Below, piece after piece: positions 19,725 through 27,653 of a DNA stretch of 64,000 bases (its first letter is position 1; each line of letters opens with the position of its first letter). Below the pieces are notes generated by a model. The model did no database searches, was not told the origin of the DNA, and saw nothing but the letters and a program-made list of their open reading frames with translations. This stretch comes from an uncultured Gemmatimonadaceae bacterium (GTDB lineage: Bacteria > Gemmatimonadota > Gemmatimonadetes > Gemmatimonadales > Gemmatimonadaceae): positions 544,001-608,000 of the forward strand of contig CAWGJO010000020.1 in the NCBI GenBank assembly GCA_963822945.1, written 5' to 3'. Made by a program: the position numbers and the translations under genes.

Positions 19725-20774
19725 ATGTGCTCCCGGCAGTTCAAATGGTTTGCCTGCGGTGTTGGGACGGTCGCCATCGCGTTTGTGTCGGTATTCGCGC
19801 AGACGTCAGGCCCCCGCGCTTTGACAACCGGAACACCCTCAGGGGTTCACGGGCCGCATATGGTTGCGGCACGGCCGCTTGCGCGTGACGGCGGGAAATC
19901 GCCCGGACGTCTGCATCCGAATCCGGATGGCCGCGTGCCGATTCTGGAGTACCATCTGATCGCGGACAGCGATTCGCGGTGGGGGCGCAGTTGGCGCCAT
20001 TTCCGGCAGGACCTGGAGATGCTGTACGATCGGGGGTACCGGCCGGTGACCGTGTCGCAGCTCCTGGATCGGAAGCTCGACATTCCACCGGGCACTTCGC
20101 CCGTTGTGTTCACCTTCGACGATGCCTCACCCGGCCAATTCCGGTACGTGGAGCACGACGGCCACCTGGTGATCGACTCCACGAGCGCGGTCGGCATCTG
20201 GCTGGCGTTTCACGCCGAGCATCCCGATTGGGGAAACCGGGCGACCTTCTGCCTGCTCCCGGCCGCATCGGCCGGACATGCGTTCTTCGGCGACAAGGGC
20301 ATCCAGGGACAGCAGACCGCGTGGCGGATGAAGAAGGTGAAGTTCCTCGCCGAGCAGGGGTTCGAGCTGTGCGACCACACCCTCTGGCATGCCGACCTGG
20401 CGAAGTACGACGACGAGGTGGTGCAGGAGCAGATCGCCCGCGGCGAGATGGCGATCGACTCGGCGGTGCCGGGCTATCGCGTGCGGACCTTCGCCCTGCC
20501 GCTGGGTGTGTGGCCCAAGAACCGATCGCTGGCCCAGCGGGGATCGTGGAAGGACCCGAAGACCGGCCGGGTGTACCGGTACGACTTCGACGCCATTCTC
20601 GAAGTGGCGGGTGGATTGAATCCGAGTCCGAACGATCCACAGTTCAACCCGTTGCACCTGCATCGGGTGCAGGTGAACGACGGGGAACTGGAGCGGGTGC
20701 TGGACATGCTCGACCGGACGAAGACGCGGTACGTGGCGGGCGGGGTGGCCGCGCCGGAGGCGGGCCACCGGTAG
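19725..20774 (+). CDS. Polysaccharide deacetylase family protein (start uncertain)
   Basis: PILEYH, TFDDA, DHTLWH and FALP.G motifs; signal-like N-terminus. Confidence 0.8.
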   Translation: MCSRQFKWFACGVGTVAIAFVSVFAQTSGPRALTTGTPSGVHGPHMVAARPLARDGGKSPGRLHPNPDGRVPILEYHLIADSDSRWGRSWRHFRQDLEMLYDRGYRPVTVSQLLDRKLDIPPGTSPVVFTFDDASPGQFRYVEHDGHLVIDSTSAVGIWLAFHAEHPDWGNRATFCLLPAASAGHAFFGDKGIQGQQTAWRMKKVKFLAEQGFELCDHTLWHADLAKYDDEVVQEQIARGEMAIDSAVPGYRVRTFALPLGVWPKNRSLAQRGSWKDPKTGRVYRYDFDAILEVAGGLNPSPNDPQFNPLHLHRVQVNDGELERVLDMLDRTKTRYVAGGVAAPEAGHR

Positions 20775-20822
20775 GTGCGCCGGCCGGTCAGCGGCGCCGC
20801 GCCGGCCGGCCCCGCCCGCCGG

Positions 20823-21569
20823 TTACATCGTCCTCCAGGCTCCCCAGAGCGCCGGCAGCATGGTCACGATCCAGAACGATAGTCCGAAGGCCCAGGCCTT
20901 GGCCTTGGGCAGCTTGGCGATCACGGCCACGCCGATGGTGATCAGCAGGAGCGACCAGAGCACGAACAACTCGACGTGATCGAGCAGGGCCCCCGTGAGC
21001 GGCGTGATCGCGTTGGGGTCCATGAACCGGGCCGGACCGAATTCGATGCTGAACCGGGTGGTCAGATTCGCGGGATCGATGAGCAGCCCCTGCACCGACA
21101 GGGCCACCTGCTGCACCACCCGGGGCACCAGGCCGAACGACGCCACGACCATCGCGGCATTCCAGGACAGTTTGGCCCCGAACGCCTTGGCGAGCACCCA
21201 GGCCACGAACGCCAGCAGCAGAGCCAGGATCGGGATGAAGACGATGGTTCCGTACTGCGTGACCGTGAAGCCGATGGCCTTGGACCGCTCGACCATCGCG
21301 GGCGTCAGCTGCGGGTTGGCCTTCATCATCTGCGGGACGTTGCGCGCGAATTCGGTGTTGAAGATCGGCTCCATGATGTTCCGATTCGCGAACACCAGCA
21401 CCGCCATGAGGACCGTGACGACGAGGAGCGGAATCCAGAAATTCCCGTTCGCTCGACGCCGGAACACCTGGGCCGGCGCGTAGAAGATGTCCAGGAAGTC
21501 TTCCCACACCGACACTTTGTCTTGCTGGGCGACCGGTGCCTGCGGTGACGTCGTGTTCTGGGGATCCAT
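20823..21569 (-). CDS. Yip1 family membrane protein
   Basis: IFYAP..VF motif, about 5 TM helices; ATG at 21569 with a GAGG RBS. Confidence 0.8.
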   Translation of the reverse strand: MDPQNTTSPQAPVAQQDKVSVWEDFLDIFYAPAQVFRRRANGNFWIPLLVVTVLMAVLVFANRNIMEPIFNTEFARNVPQMMKANPQLTPAMVERSKAIGFTVTQYGTIVFIPILALLLAFVAWVLAKAFGAKLSWNAAMVVASFGLVPRVVQQVALSVQGLLIDPANLTTRFSIEFGPARFMDPNAITPLTGALLDHVELFVLWSLLLITIGVAVIAKLPKAKAWAFGLSFWIVTMLPALWGAWRTM

Positions 21570-21721
21570 GGCGGCCTCTTTCGGGGAGGGAGGGCCCGGC
21601 TCAAGGCACAAGCCGGCGAACTTCGAGAACCAGCGGGTCACGCAGGTGGAAGATTCGCTTCGGTGTCAAAATTCGTCAAATCGGGCCAAAGTGTGGCCCA
21701 CATCACACCTTGGAGACAGGC

Positions 21722-21787
21722 TGTCACAAAAAGTGATAGTCGCGACACAAAACAGCACTTGTACCGAATACGTGGCAACCCGATCTT
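21722..21787 (+). promoter_or_regulatory. Tandem operator boxes (21-bp spacing) plus putative -35/-10 upstream of the TPR gene
   Basis: TGTCACAAAA (21722-31), CGACACAAAA (21743-52), TTGTAC (21759-64), 17 nt, GATCTT (21782-87). Confidence 0.6.
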
Positions 21788-21829
21788 GACGGTTGAGAAA
21801 TTGCGTCCCGCAGGACGGAGGATTACCCG

Positions 21830-23066
21830 GTGTTCGGTAACGCTGATTCGCTGCGACATCTCGCTTTCTTCGAGGAAGCCGCGGCTCACGAGGAGCATCA
21901 GGCGCAATGGCGAGCGGCCACGGCCGGGCTCGTCACGCTGCGGCTGTTCGATGCCTGGATTGAGGAGGGCCCACAGGTCGTGGCCCCCGGGTCCTGGAAT
22001 GTGCGCGCCGTGGTCAACGCCATCGAAGCGATGGATGACGGGTCGACCCTCCCCTCGATCCTGCGGAGCGTGCTGAACGCCATGCAGGAAGCTCCCGCGA
22101 CCAAAGTCCACGACGTCATCCCGCGTCTGGCGGCCTACGGGCGGGCGCTGGAGTACGAAGCACAGTGGGTGCTGGCACTGGACGTCTACGACACGATCGT
22201 TGCGCATACCCACCCGCTGGAGGAGAGCGACGCAGCGGCCGCGGCGCATAACCGCCGCGGTTACTGCCTCCGCACGCTCGGTCGGCTGGCGGCTGCCGTC
22301 GAGGCCTATCAGACGGCCGGCCGGATCTCAGCGACGGCCGGCGATTTGATCGGGGTCCTGCAGGCACGCCTTGGTGATGCCAAAGTCGCGGTTGCGCGAG
22401 GCAATCTGCCGCAGGCCGAACAAGTACTAGACGAAACCATCGCCCGCGCGTCGACGCTCGGGATTGCCGACATCCACTCCAAGGCGCTTCAGGATCGCGC
22501 CATGGTTGCTGGTATGCGCGGGCATCACGATCTGGCCATCGAACTCGCCTACGACGCGCTCCGCGAAACCGCCAACCAAGCCGAACGCGACCGCATTCTC
22601 AACGACATCGGCACGGCGTTCCACATGCTGGGTCTCCGGAGCGTGGCTCGCGACGCCTTCCTGGTGCTGTCGGCAACTGCTCAGGAACAGTACATCCGCT
22701 GGGTCGCAATGCTGTCGCTGATGGGGATCGCCGCGGAGGACGGGTTGGAGCCGAGTCTTCGACCGACTCCGCCGCCAGCTACGCCCGGCCGAGTTGCCCC
22801 CCGAACTCGAGATCGAGTATTACATCAGACTGGGCCGCGGAAGCCGTGGGCTCGGGCATGACGATCTGGGGCAGATTGCACTCGGCAAGGCGGTTGAACT
22901 CTCGGAACACCACGGGCTATACGCGCTGCTCTTCGAGGCTGAGGAAGCACTCCACGCTCCGCTGCCCAGAAGCCAGCCGAAGTCGGGGGATGAGGTCGTG
23001 CCACTGCGGGTGACTGGGGTGGCCGAGGCGGTCCGGCAAATGCGAGTTGCCGCGGTTGCCACATAG
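21830..23066 (+). CDS. TPR protein without HTH, ~411 aa after removing one extra base near 22754 (frameshifted as given)
   Basis: GGAGG at 21817-21 before GTG; TPR helices (AHNRRGYCLRTLG.L..A..AY; ILNDIGTAF..LG). Track ORFs 21830-22861 and 22794-23066 join as ...GLEP-VFDRLRRQLRPAELPPELE... Confidence 0.8.
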
Positions 23067-23077
23067 GGGCAAGATGA

Positions 23078-23115
23078 GATTGTGGGCCCCCGCTGGCGGC
23101 GGTGGGCCCACAATC
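23078..23115. terminator. Hairpin between the convergent TPR and peptide genes
   Basis: GATTGTGGGCCC (23078-89) ... GGGCCCACAATC (23104-15). Confidence 0.7.
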
Positions 23116-23139
23116 GAGCAGTCAGTCGAGCTGGAAGGA

Positions 23140-23283
23140 TCAGTTGGTGCAGGTGATGGACGAACTGCCAACGTATCCACCGATGCACCCATCATGCTGC
23201 GGCGCGGTCGGACTCGCGCACGCGGCCACAACAACGGAGGCGATTGCCAGGACGAGGTAGGTCATCTTTTTGCGGCGCGACAT
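23140..23283 (-). CDS. 47-aa lipoprotein-type precursor peptide with C-terminal Cys loop (absent from ORF track)
   Basis: Hand translation: MSRRKKMTYLVLAIASVVVAACASPTAPQHDGCIGGYVGSSSITCTN*. GGAG RBS 9 nt upstream, basic n-region, hydrophobic h-region, VAAC lipobox, own promoter and downstream hairpin. Confidence 0.85.
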   Translation of the reverse strand: MSRRKKMTYLVLAIASVVVAACASPTAPQHDGCIGGYVGSSSITCTN

Positions 23284-23340
23284 GGGGCGTACTCCAAGTT
23301 TAGAGGCAGTGATTTCCGTGACGGGGAACTCGTGCCTGCC

Positions 23341-23405
23341 AAGCTAGGGTCGCCGTTTGGTGCGTAAACTCGCATTTTGTGACAACAGATTGCGGTTTTA
23401 TGACA
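23341..23405 (-). promoter_or_regulatory. Tandem operator boxes (21-bp spacing) plus putative -35/-10 upstream of the peptide gene
   Basis: Minus strand: TGTCATAAAA (23405-23396), TGTCACAAAA (23384-23375), TTTACG, 16 nt, TAGCTT (23346-23341). Confidence 0.65.
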
Positions 23406-23422
23406 CCGAATCCCGATAAGGC

Positions 23423-24202
23423 GTGGACGTCGTCGCCCTACTGCCCCGGCAGCTACTCGACCATCTGACCCAGGTACTCGGCTCCGCGCATTCTCTGTCC
23501 GCTTCGGCTGACTGGAGTGCGCTCCGCGCCACGGTACAGAGCCGCATCGTCGACGCCGTCATTGCGGATCCCGCCTTCGACGGAAACGTCCATACGCAGG
23601 ACCTGATGGATTTACGGGAGTTGTATCCCTCCCTTCCCATCATCCTGTACACGACGCTCAGCGCGACGGCGATGCAGGGAGTGATCCAGCTTGCACGATA
23701 CGGAGTGGAGCACGTGGTGCTCGCCCGTTTCGACGACGAGCCGACGCGCTTTCTCGAACTCATCGAGGGAGTGCCGGGATACGCCCTCGGTGACCGGATG
23801 CTCCAGCAACTTCGGGAGCCCATCGCCAAGCTCCCCGTGACGATCGGTCGGGCCCTCGAACAACTTTACAGATCGCCCGGTCGTTTCCACGGCGCCCGGG
23901 AATTGGCGGAGGCGAGTGGGGTCACCCCTCGCGGGTTGTATCGTCACATGGCGGCCGCGGGTATGCCGTCGGTCAAAGCGCTGGTGGTCTCGGCGCGGTT
24001 GGTGCGGGCGTATGGGTATCTCAAGGACCCCGGACGCTCCGTGAAGGAAGTGGCCGCCCGGGTGGGTTACAGCCGTCCGTGGCTGCTGACGAAGCAGATG
24101 CGCGAGTACACGGGACATGTGCCCAGCGAGGTTCGCATGGCGCTCTCCCCCGAAGAGTTTGTCACGCTGCTCACAACACGAGTCTGCACCGAGCAGTGGT
24201 AA
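23423..24202 (+). CDS. AraC family transcriptional regulator with atypical N-terminal receiver-like domain
   Basis: C-terminal double HTH (ARELAEASGVTPRGLYR; SVKEVAARVGYS....KQMREYTG..PSE); N-terminal alpha/beta fold (DAVIAD, PSLPIILYT). Confidence 0.85.
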   Translation: MDVVALLPRQLLDHLTQVLGSAHSLSASADWSALRATVQSRIVDAVIADPAFDGNVHTQDLMDLRELYPSLPIILYTTLSATAMQGVIQLARYGVEHVVLARFDDEPTRFLELIEGVPGYALGDRMLQQLREPIAKLPVTIGRALEQLYRSPGRFHGARELAEASGVTPRGLYRHMAAAGMPSVKALVVSARLVRAYGYLKDPGRSVKEVAARVGYSRPWLLTKQMREYTGHVPSEVRMALSPEEFVTLLTTRVCTEQW

Positions 24203-24235
24203 CGAGGATGGAGGCCGCCGACCGGCCCCTCTCCG

Positions 24236-24646
24236 ATGCTAGAGGTAATCGCTGTGCCGGGAACACCGACTCGGGTGCTCATCATCGACGATGAACCCGC
24301 AATCTGCAAAGCCCTGTCCATTGCGCTGTCGCGCACGGGCTTTTTCGTGCGCACCGCGCTGTCGGGAGACGAAGGCATCCGGATCCTCAAGGACGAGCCG
24401 TTCGACGTTCTCGTGCTCGATCTGCGCGTGCAGGACATGCGCGGCGATGTGATTTACGAACTGGCCAAGGCCGAGCGACCGGAACTCACACGTCGCACGC
24501 TCTTCGTCACCGGTGACATCTCCGAGCGGGCCGACAACATCATTGCCGCCTGCAAGTGCCCGCTCCTGCGCAAGCCGTTCGAATTGCGCGACCTCATCAA
24601 CATCGTGGTGTCGATGGTGCCGCGGGCGAACAACGCCTCAGCCTGA
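24236..24646 (+). CDS. Single-domain response regulator (receiver)
   Basis: VLIIDDE, DVLVLDL, FVTG and LRKPF canonical receiver motifs. Confidence 0.88.
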   Translation: MLEVIAVPGTPTRVLIIDDEPAICKALSIALSRTGFFVRTALSGDEGIRILKDEPFDVLVLDLRVQDMRGDVIYELAKAERPELTRRTLFVTGDISERADNIIAACKCPLLRKPFELRDLINIVVSMVPRANNASA

Positions 24647-25009
24647 AGCCCGTTCCAGCTCGCTCCAACGGTCGACGGCCCGCCGCAGATGCGGAACCAC
24701 GATCGATCCTCCCACGACGAGCCCGATCGACATCGATTCGAAGATCTGCTCCCGTGTGACACCCTCCTCGGCACAGCGAACCAGATGGTAGGTCACGCAG
24801 TCGTCGCACCGTAGCACCAGCGAGGCCACCAGTCCCAGCAGTTCCTTGGTCCTCACGTCGAGCGCCCCGCCTTCGTACGCCCGGCCGTCGAGCGCGAAGA
24901 ACCGATTCATCACCAGATTGTTCTGTTCCAGGATCTCGGCGTTCATCCGCTCCCGATAGGCCCGGAACTCGGCCAGCGACTGCCCGTGTTCGTGCGTGTC
25001 GCCGCTCAC
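24638..25009 (-). CDS. Carboxymuconolactone decarboxylase/AhpD family protein
   Basis: GALD..TKEL.GL.AS.VLRCDDCVTYH; GTGA overlap with the upstream gene. Confidence 0.85.
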   Translation of the reverse strand: MSGDTHEHGQSLAEFRAYRERMNAEILEQNNLVMNRFFALDGRAYEGGALDVRTKELLGLVASLVLRCDDCVTYHLVRCAEEGVTREQIFESMSIGLVVGGSIVVPHLRRAVDRWSELERASG

Positions 25010-25599
25010 AGCTTCCACTCCCGCAGCGTCTTGAGGGCCGATTCCAACGCTGATCGCTGGGCCGGCTGCGTGGACTCGGCAAGCAGGCCTTCGTAGGTGC
25101 GGATGGCCAGATCCAACGCGAGCGGGTCATGCTCGGCGCTCGCCAGGCTTGTTGCGTTGTCGGCCAACGCCGCCCGCGCGATCGGGTCTTCGGGAAAGCG
25201 CTGCGCCACCTGTTGCCATCGCGCCACGCGCTCCCGGATGTTCGACTCGGCCAGGGCCCACAAATGCCAGGCGCCGCGATTGCCGGCGTCCACCGCAATG
25301 GCCCGGGACGCGAGATCGCCGACGACATCGGGGCCACGGCCGGTGAGCCAGTATGCATTGGCCAGCACCACGATGGCCTGCGCGTCATTCGGAACCTGCG
25401 CCACGATTCGTTCGTAGGCGGGTATGATCACTTCGGGCCGGTCCCGAAACGGGGCGCAGGCCTCCTTGAGTTGCTCCGGCGGCACGGCCGCCGCCAACGC
25501 TCGCACGCGATCGAACAACACACCCAAGTTGTCCGTGCGTTCGTAGTCCTGCAGGGCGGCGCGCAATTCGGCGCCCGCATCGATGCTGGGAGAAATCAT
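25006..25599 (-). CDS. Hypothetical alpha-helical (TPR-like) protein
   Basis: 197-aa helical-repeat-like ORF coupled to the CMD gene. Confidence 0.7.
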   Translation of the reverse strand: MISPSIDAGAELRAALQDYERTDNLGVLFDRVRALAAAVPPEQLKEACAPFRDRPEVIIPAYERIVAQVPNDAQAIVVLANAYWLTGRGPDVVGDLASRAIAVDAGNRGAWHLWALAESNIRERVARWQQVAQRFPEDPIARAALADNATSLASAEHDPLALDLAIRTYEGLLAESTQPAQRSALESALKTLREWKL

Positions 25600-25674
25600 A
25601 AGGTGAAAACTACGGGCCCGAGCCCCGCCCGCCTACCGGCGGGCGGGGGGAATCCGATTCGACCCCGTCCAGGG

Positions 25675-25703
25675 TTGCGCGAATGGCCCCGACTGCCGAT
25701 ACT
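25675..25703 (+). promoter_or_regulatory. Putative sigma70 promoter for rho
   Basis: TTGCGC-17 nt-GATACT about 345 nt upstream of the rho start. Confidence 0.4.
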
Positions 25704-26047
25704 CAATGCGTCCGCCGGTACGACCAGTATCGTCCTTCCGGCCGATCGCGCGGCCGCCCGTCCCTCACGTGCGAGTGGATGATGGCGAGCAGGCCGCGCC
25801 CCGCAGGACCCCGCCCGCTGACGCGTGAGGCAGCCGCGCCGCGAGCGAGACAAGTCAACGCCAGAGTAGCGTCGCACCACGTCCCCACAGTTCGCGCTCG
25901 ACCGCGCTGCGAATTCGTTCGCCCGGGTCTACATCGAGTGCATGCGCAATGGAGCGCAGGGGCCCGGACGTGCGCAATTGAGCCGACCCACGGCTGCACG
26001 TGGGTATTCCGATCATTGAACGTTTCGATTCCCAAACCATCCGCCGA

Positions 26048-27583
26048 ATGACCGAACGTCGCCGCCCACCTCGTCGTGGCCGTGGCTCTCGTCCAACCCG
26101 CCCCAATGGCGAGGCATCGGGCGAGCCCAACCCGTACCGGGATGCTTCCATGGACATGCCCTCCGAAGGCGAGGCTGCCGAGACGCAGGCCCCCGCGCCC
26201 TCTGCTCCCGCCTCCACTGCTGAGCCGGACGGCGGCAACGTTCCGGCGAATGCCGAGGCGCCCGCGCCTGCAACCCCTGCGGTGAGCCCGGATGGGGTCT
26301 CGGCCAACGGCAGCGGTGAGTCCTCCGGATCGCGTCAGGACCAGCAGAACTCACGACACGAACGGAATGGGCGCCGACACCGCCGGAATCGGGGGCGCGG
26401 CCGCAGCCGTGACAACCGGGGCGAGAGCCGAGAACCGCAGAGCCAGGCCCCCGTGGTCCTCACCCCGGCCGGCGACCAGACGGGATGGTTCGATCCGCAG
26501 CGCGACGGCGGGTTCGTGCGCCGCGCCGAGGCCAGCTACCTGGCCGAACCGGGGGACCCGTTCGTTCCACCGCAATTGGTGCGGCAGTACGGCCTCCGCA
26601 AGAGCGATACAATCGATTGCGCACTGGGCCGAGACCAGCGGGGACGGCTGACGGTGATGGAGATCCGGACCGTGAACGGCGAGGATCCCGCCATGAGCGT
26701 CAAGCGTCCGGATTTCCAGTCGCTCACGGCATCGTACCCCGAGCGCAAGCTCTTCCTCGAAACCGGCCGGCCGGCCAAGGGCGGCCCCGAACTCACCCGC
26801 CGGGCCATCGACCTCATCGCGCCGATCGGCTTCGGGCAGCGGGCGCTCATCGTCGCCCCGGCCCGCGCCGGTAAGACCACGCTGCTCCACGCCATCACCG
26901 AGGGCGTGGCGATCAACCACCCCAACGTCGTGCTCCTGATCCTGCTCGTCGACGAGCGTCCGGAGGAAGTGAGCGAGGCGATCTCCTGGGGTGTGGGCGA
27001 GGTCATTGCGTCGAGCTTCGACCAGCCGGCGCAACGGCACGTGGACGTCACCGAGATGGTGCTCGAGCATGCGCGCCGCCAGGTGGAACTCGGACGCGAT
27101 GTGGTGATCGTGCTCGATTCGCTCACCCGCATGGCCAGGGCGCACAACACCGCCGAACGCGGGACGGGCCGCACGCTGTCGGGCGGCCTCGATGCGACCG
27201 CGATGGCGAAGCCCAAGGCGTTTTTCGGCTCGGCCCGGGCGGTACTTCCCGCGGTCGGCGGCGGCTCGCTCACGATCATCGCCACCGCGCTCGTGGAAAC
27301 GGGCTCTCGCATGGACGACGTGATCTTCGAGGAGTTCAAGGGCACCGGCAACTGCGAGATCAAGCTCGACCGGCCCCTGGCCGAGAAGCGGATCTACCCC
27401 GCGATAGACATCGCGACCAGCGGAACACGCCGCGAGGAGAAACTGTTCCGGCCGGAGCAGTTGGACAGCGTGTACACGCTACGCCGCGGGCTGGCGCAGA
27501 TGCCGCCGCAGGCCGCCATGGAGTGGCTCATCAAGCGCGTGGCGGCAACGCCGAACAACGACGCGCTGCTGGAAGGCTTGTAG
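26048..27583 (+). CDS. rho: Transcription termination factor Rho with long disordered N-terminus
   Basis: PIGFGQRALIVAP.RAGKT, LVDERPEEV, LDSLTRMARA.N and ETGSRMDDVIFEEFKGTGN.E. Confidence 0.93.
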   Translation: MTERRRPPRRGRGSRPTRPNGEASGEPNPYRDASMDMPSEGEAAETQAPAPSAPASTAEPDGGNVPANAEAPAPATPAVSPDGVSANGSGESSGSRQDQQNSRHERNGRRHRRNRGRGRSRDNRGESREPQSQAPVVLTPAGDQTGWFDPQRDGGFVRRAEASYLAEPGDPFVPPQLVRQYGLRKSDTIDCALGRDQRGRLTVMEIRTVNGEDPAMSVKRPDFQSLTASYPERKLFLETGRPAKGGPELTRRAIDLIAPIGFGQRALIVAPARAGKTTLLHAITEGVAINHPNVVLLILLVDERPEEVSEAISWGVGEVIASSFDQPAQRHVDVTEMVLEHARRQVELGRDVVIVLDSLTRMARAHNTAERGTGRTLSGGLDATAMAKPKAFFGSARAVLPAVGGGSLTIIATALVETGSRMDDVIFEEFKGTGNCEIKLDRPLAEKRIYPAIDIATSGTRREEKLFRPEQLDSVYTLRRGLAQMPPQAAMEWLIKRVAATPNNDALLEGL

Positions 27584-27588
27584 GAGCG

Positions 27589-27653
27589 GTGAAGGGTGAA
27601 GGGTGGCTTGCCCACCCTTTCACCCTTCGCTCTCACGTCTCACCCTTCACGTT
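27589..27653. terminator. Bidirectional hairpin made of imperfect heptamer repeats
   Basis: GAAGGGTGAAGGGTGG pairs with CCACCCTTTCACCCTTC; additional TCACGTC/TCACCCT units follow. Confidence 0.6.

Noticed and set aside
22741..22770. Programmed ribosomal frameshift or phase variation in the TPR gene
   Set aside because: No slippery heptamer or repeat tract, and similar single-base insertions occur in housekeeping genes in the same window.
23047..23367. Track ORFs 23047-23367 (+), 22917-23234 (-) and 22820-23188 (-) as the gene between TPR and AraC
   Set aside because: They lack an RBS or coherent composition and run through the hairpin; the 47-aa minus-strand ORF has an RBS, signal peptide and promoter.
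21640..24650. Mobile element or prophage origin for the TPR-peptide-AraC block
   Set aside because: No integrase, transposase, tRNA target or flanking direct repeats are visible; only a mild compositional shift.
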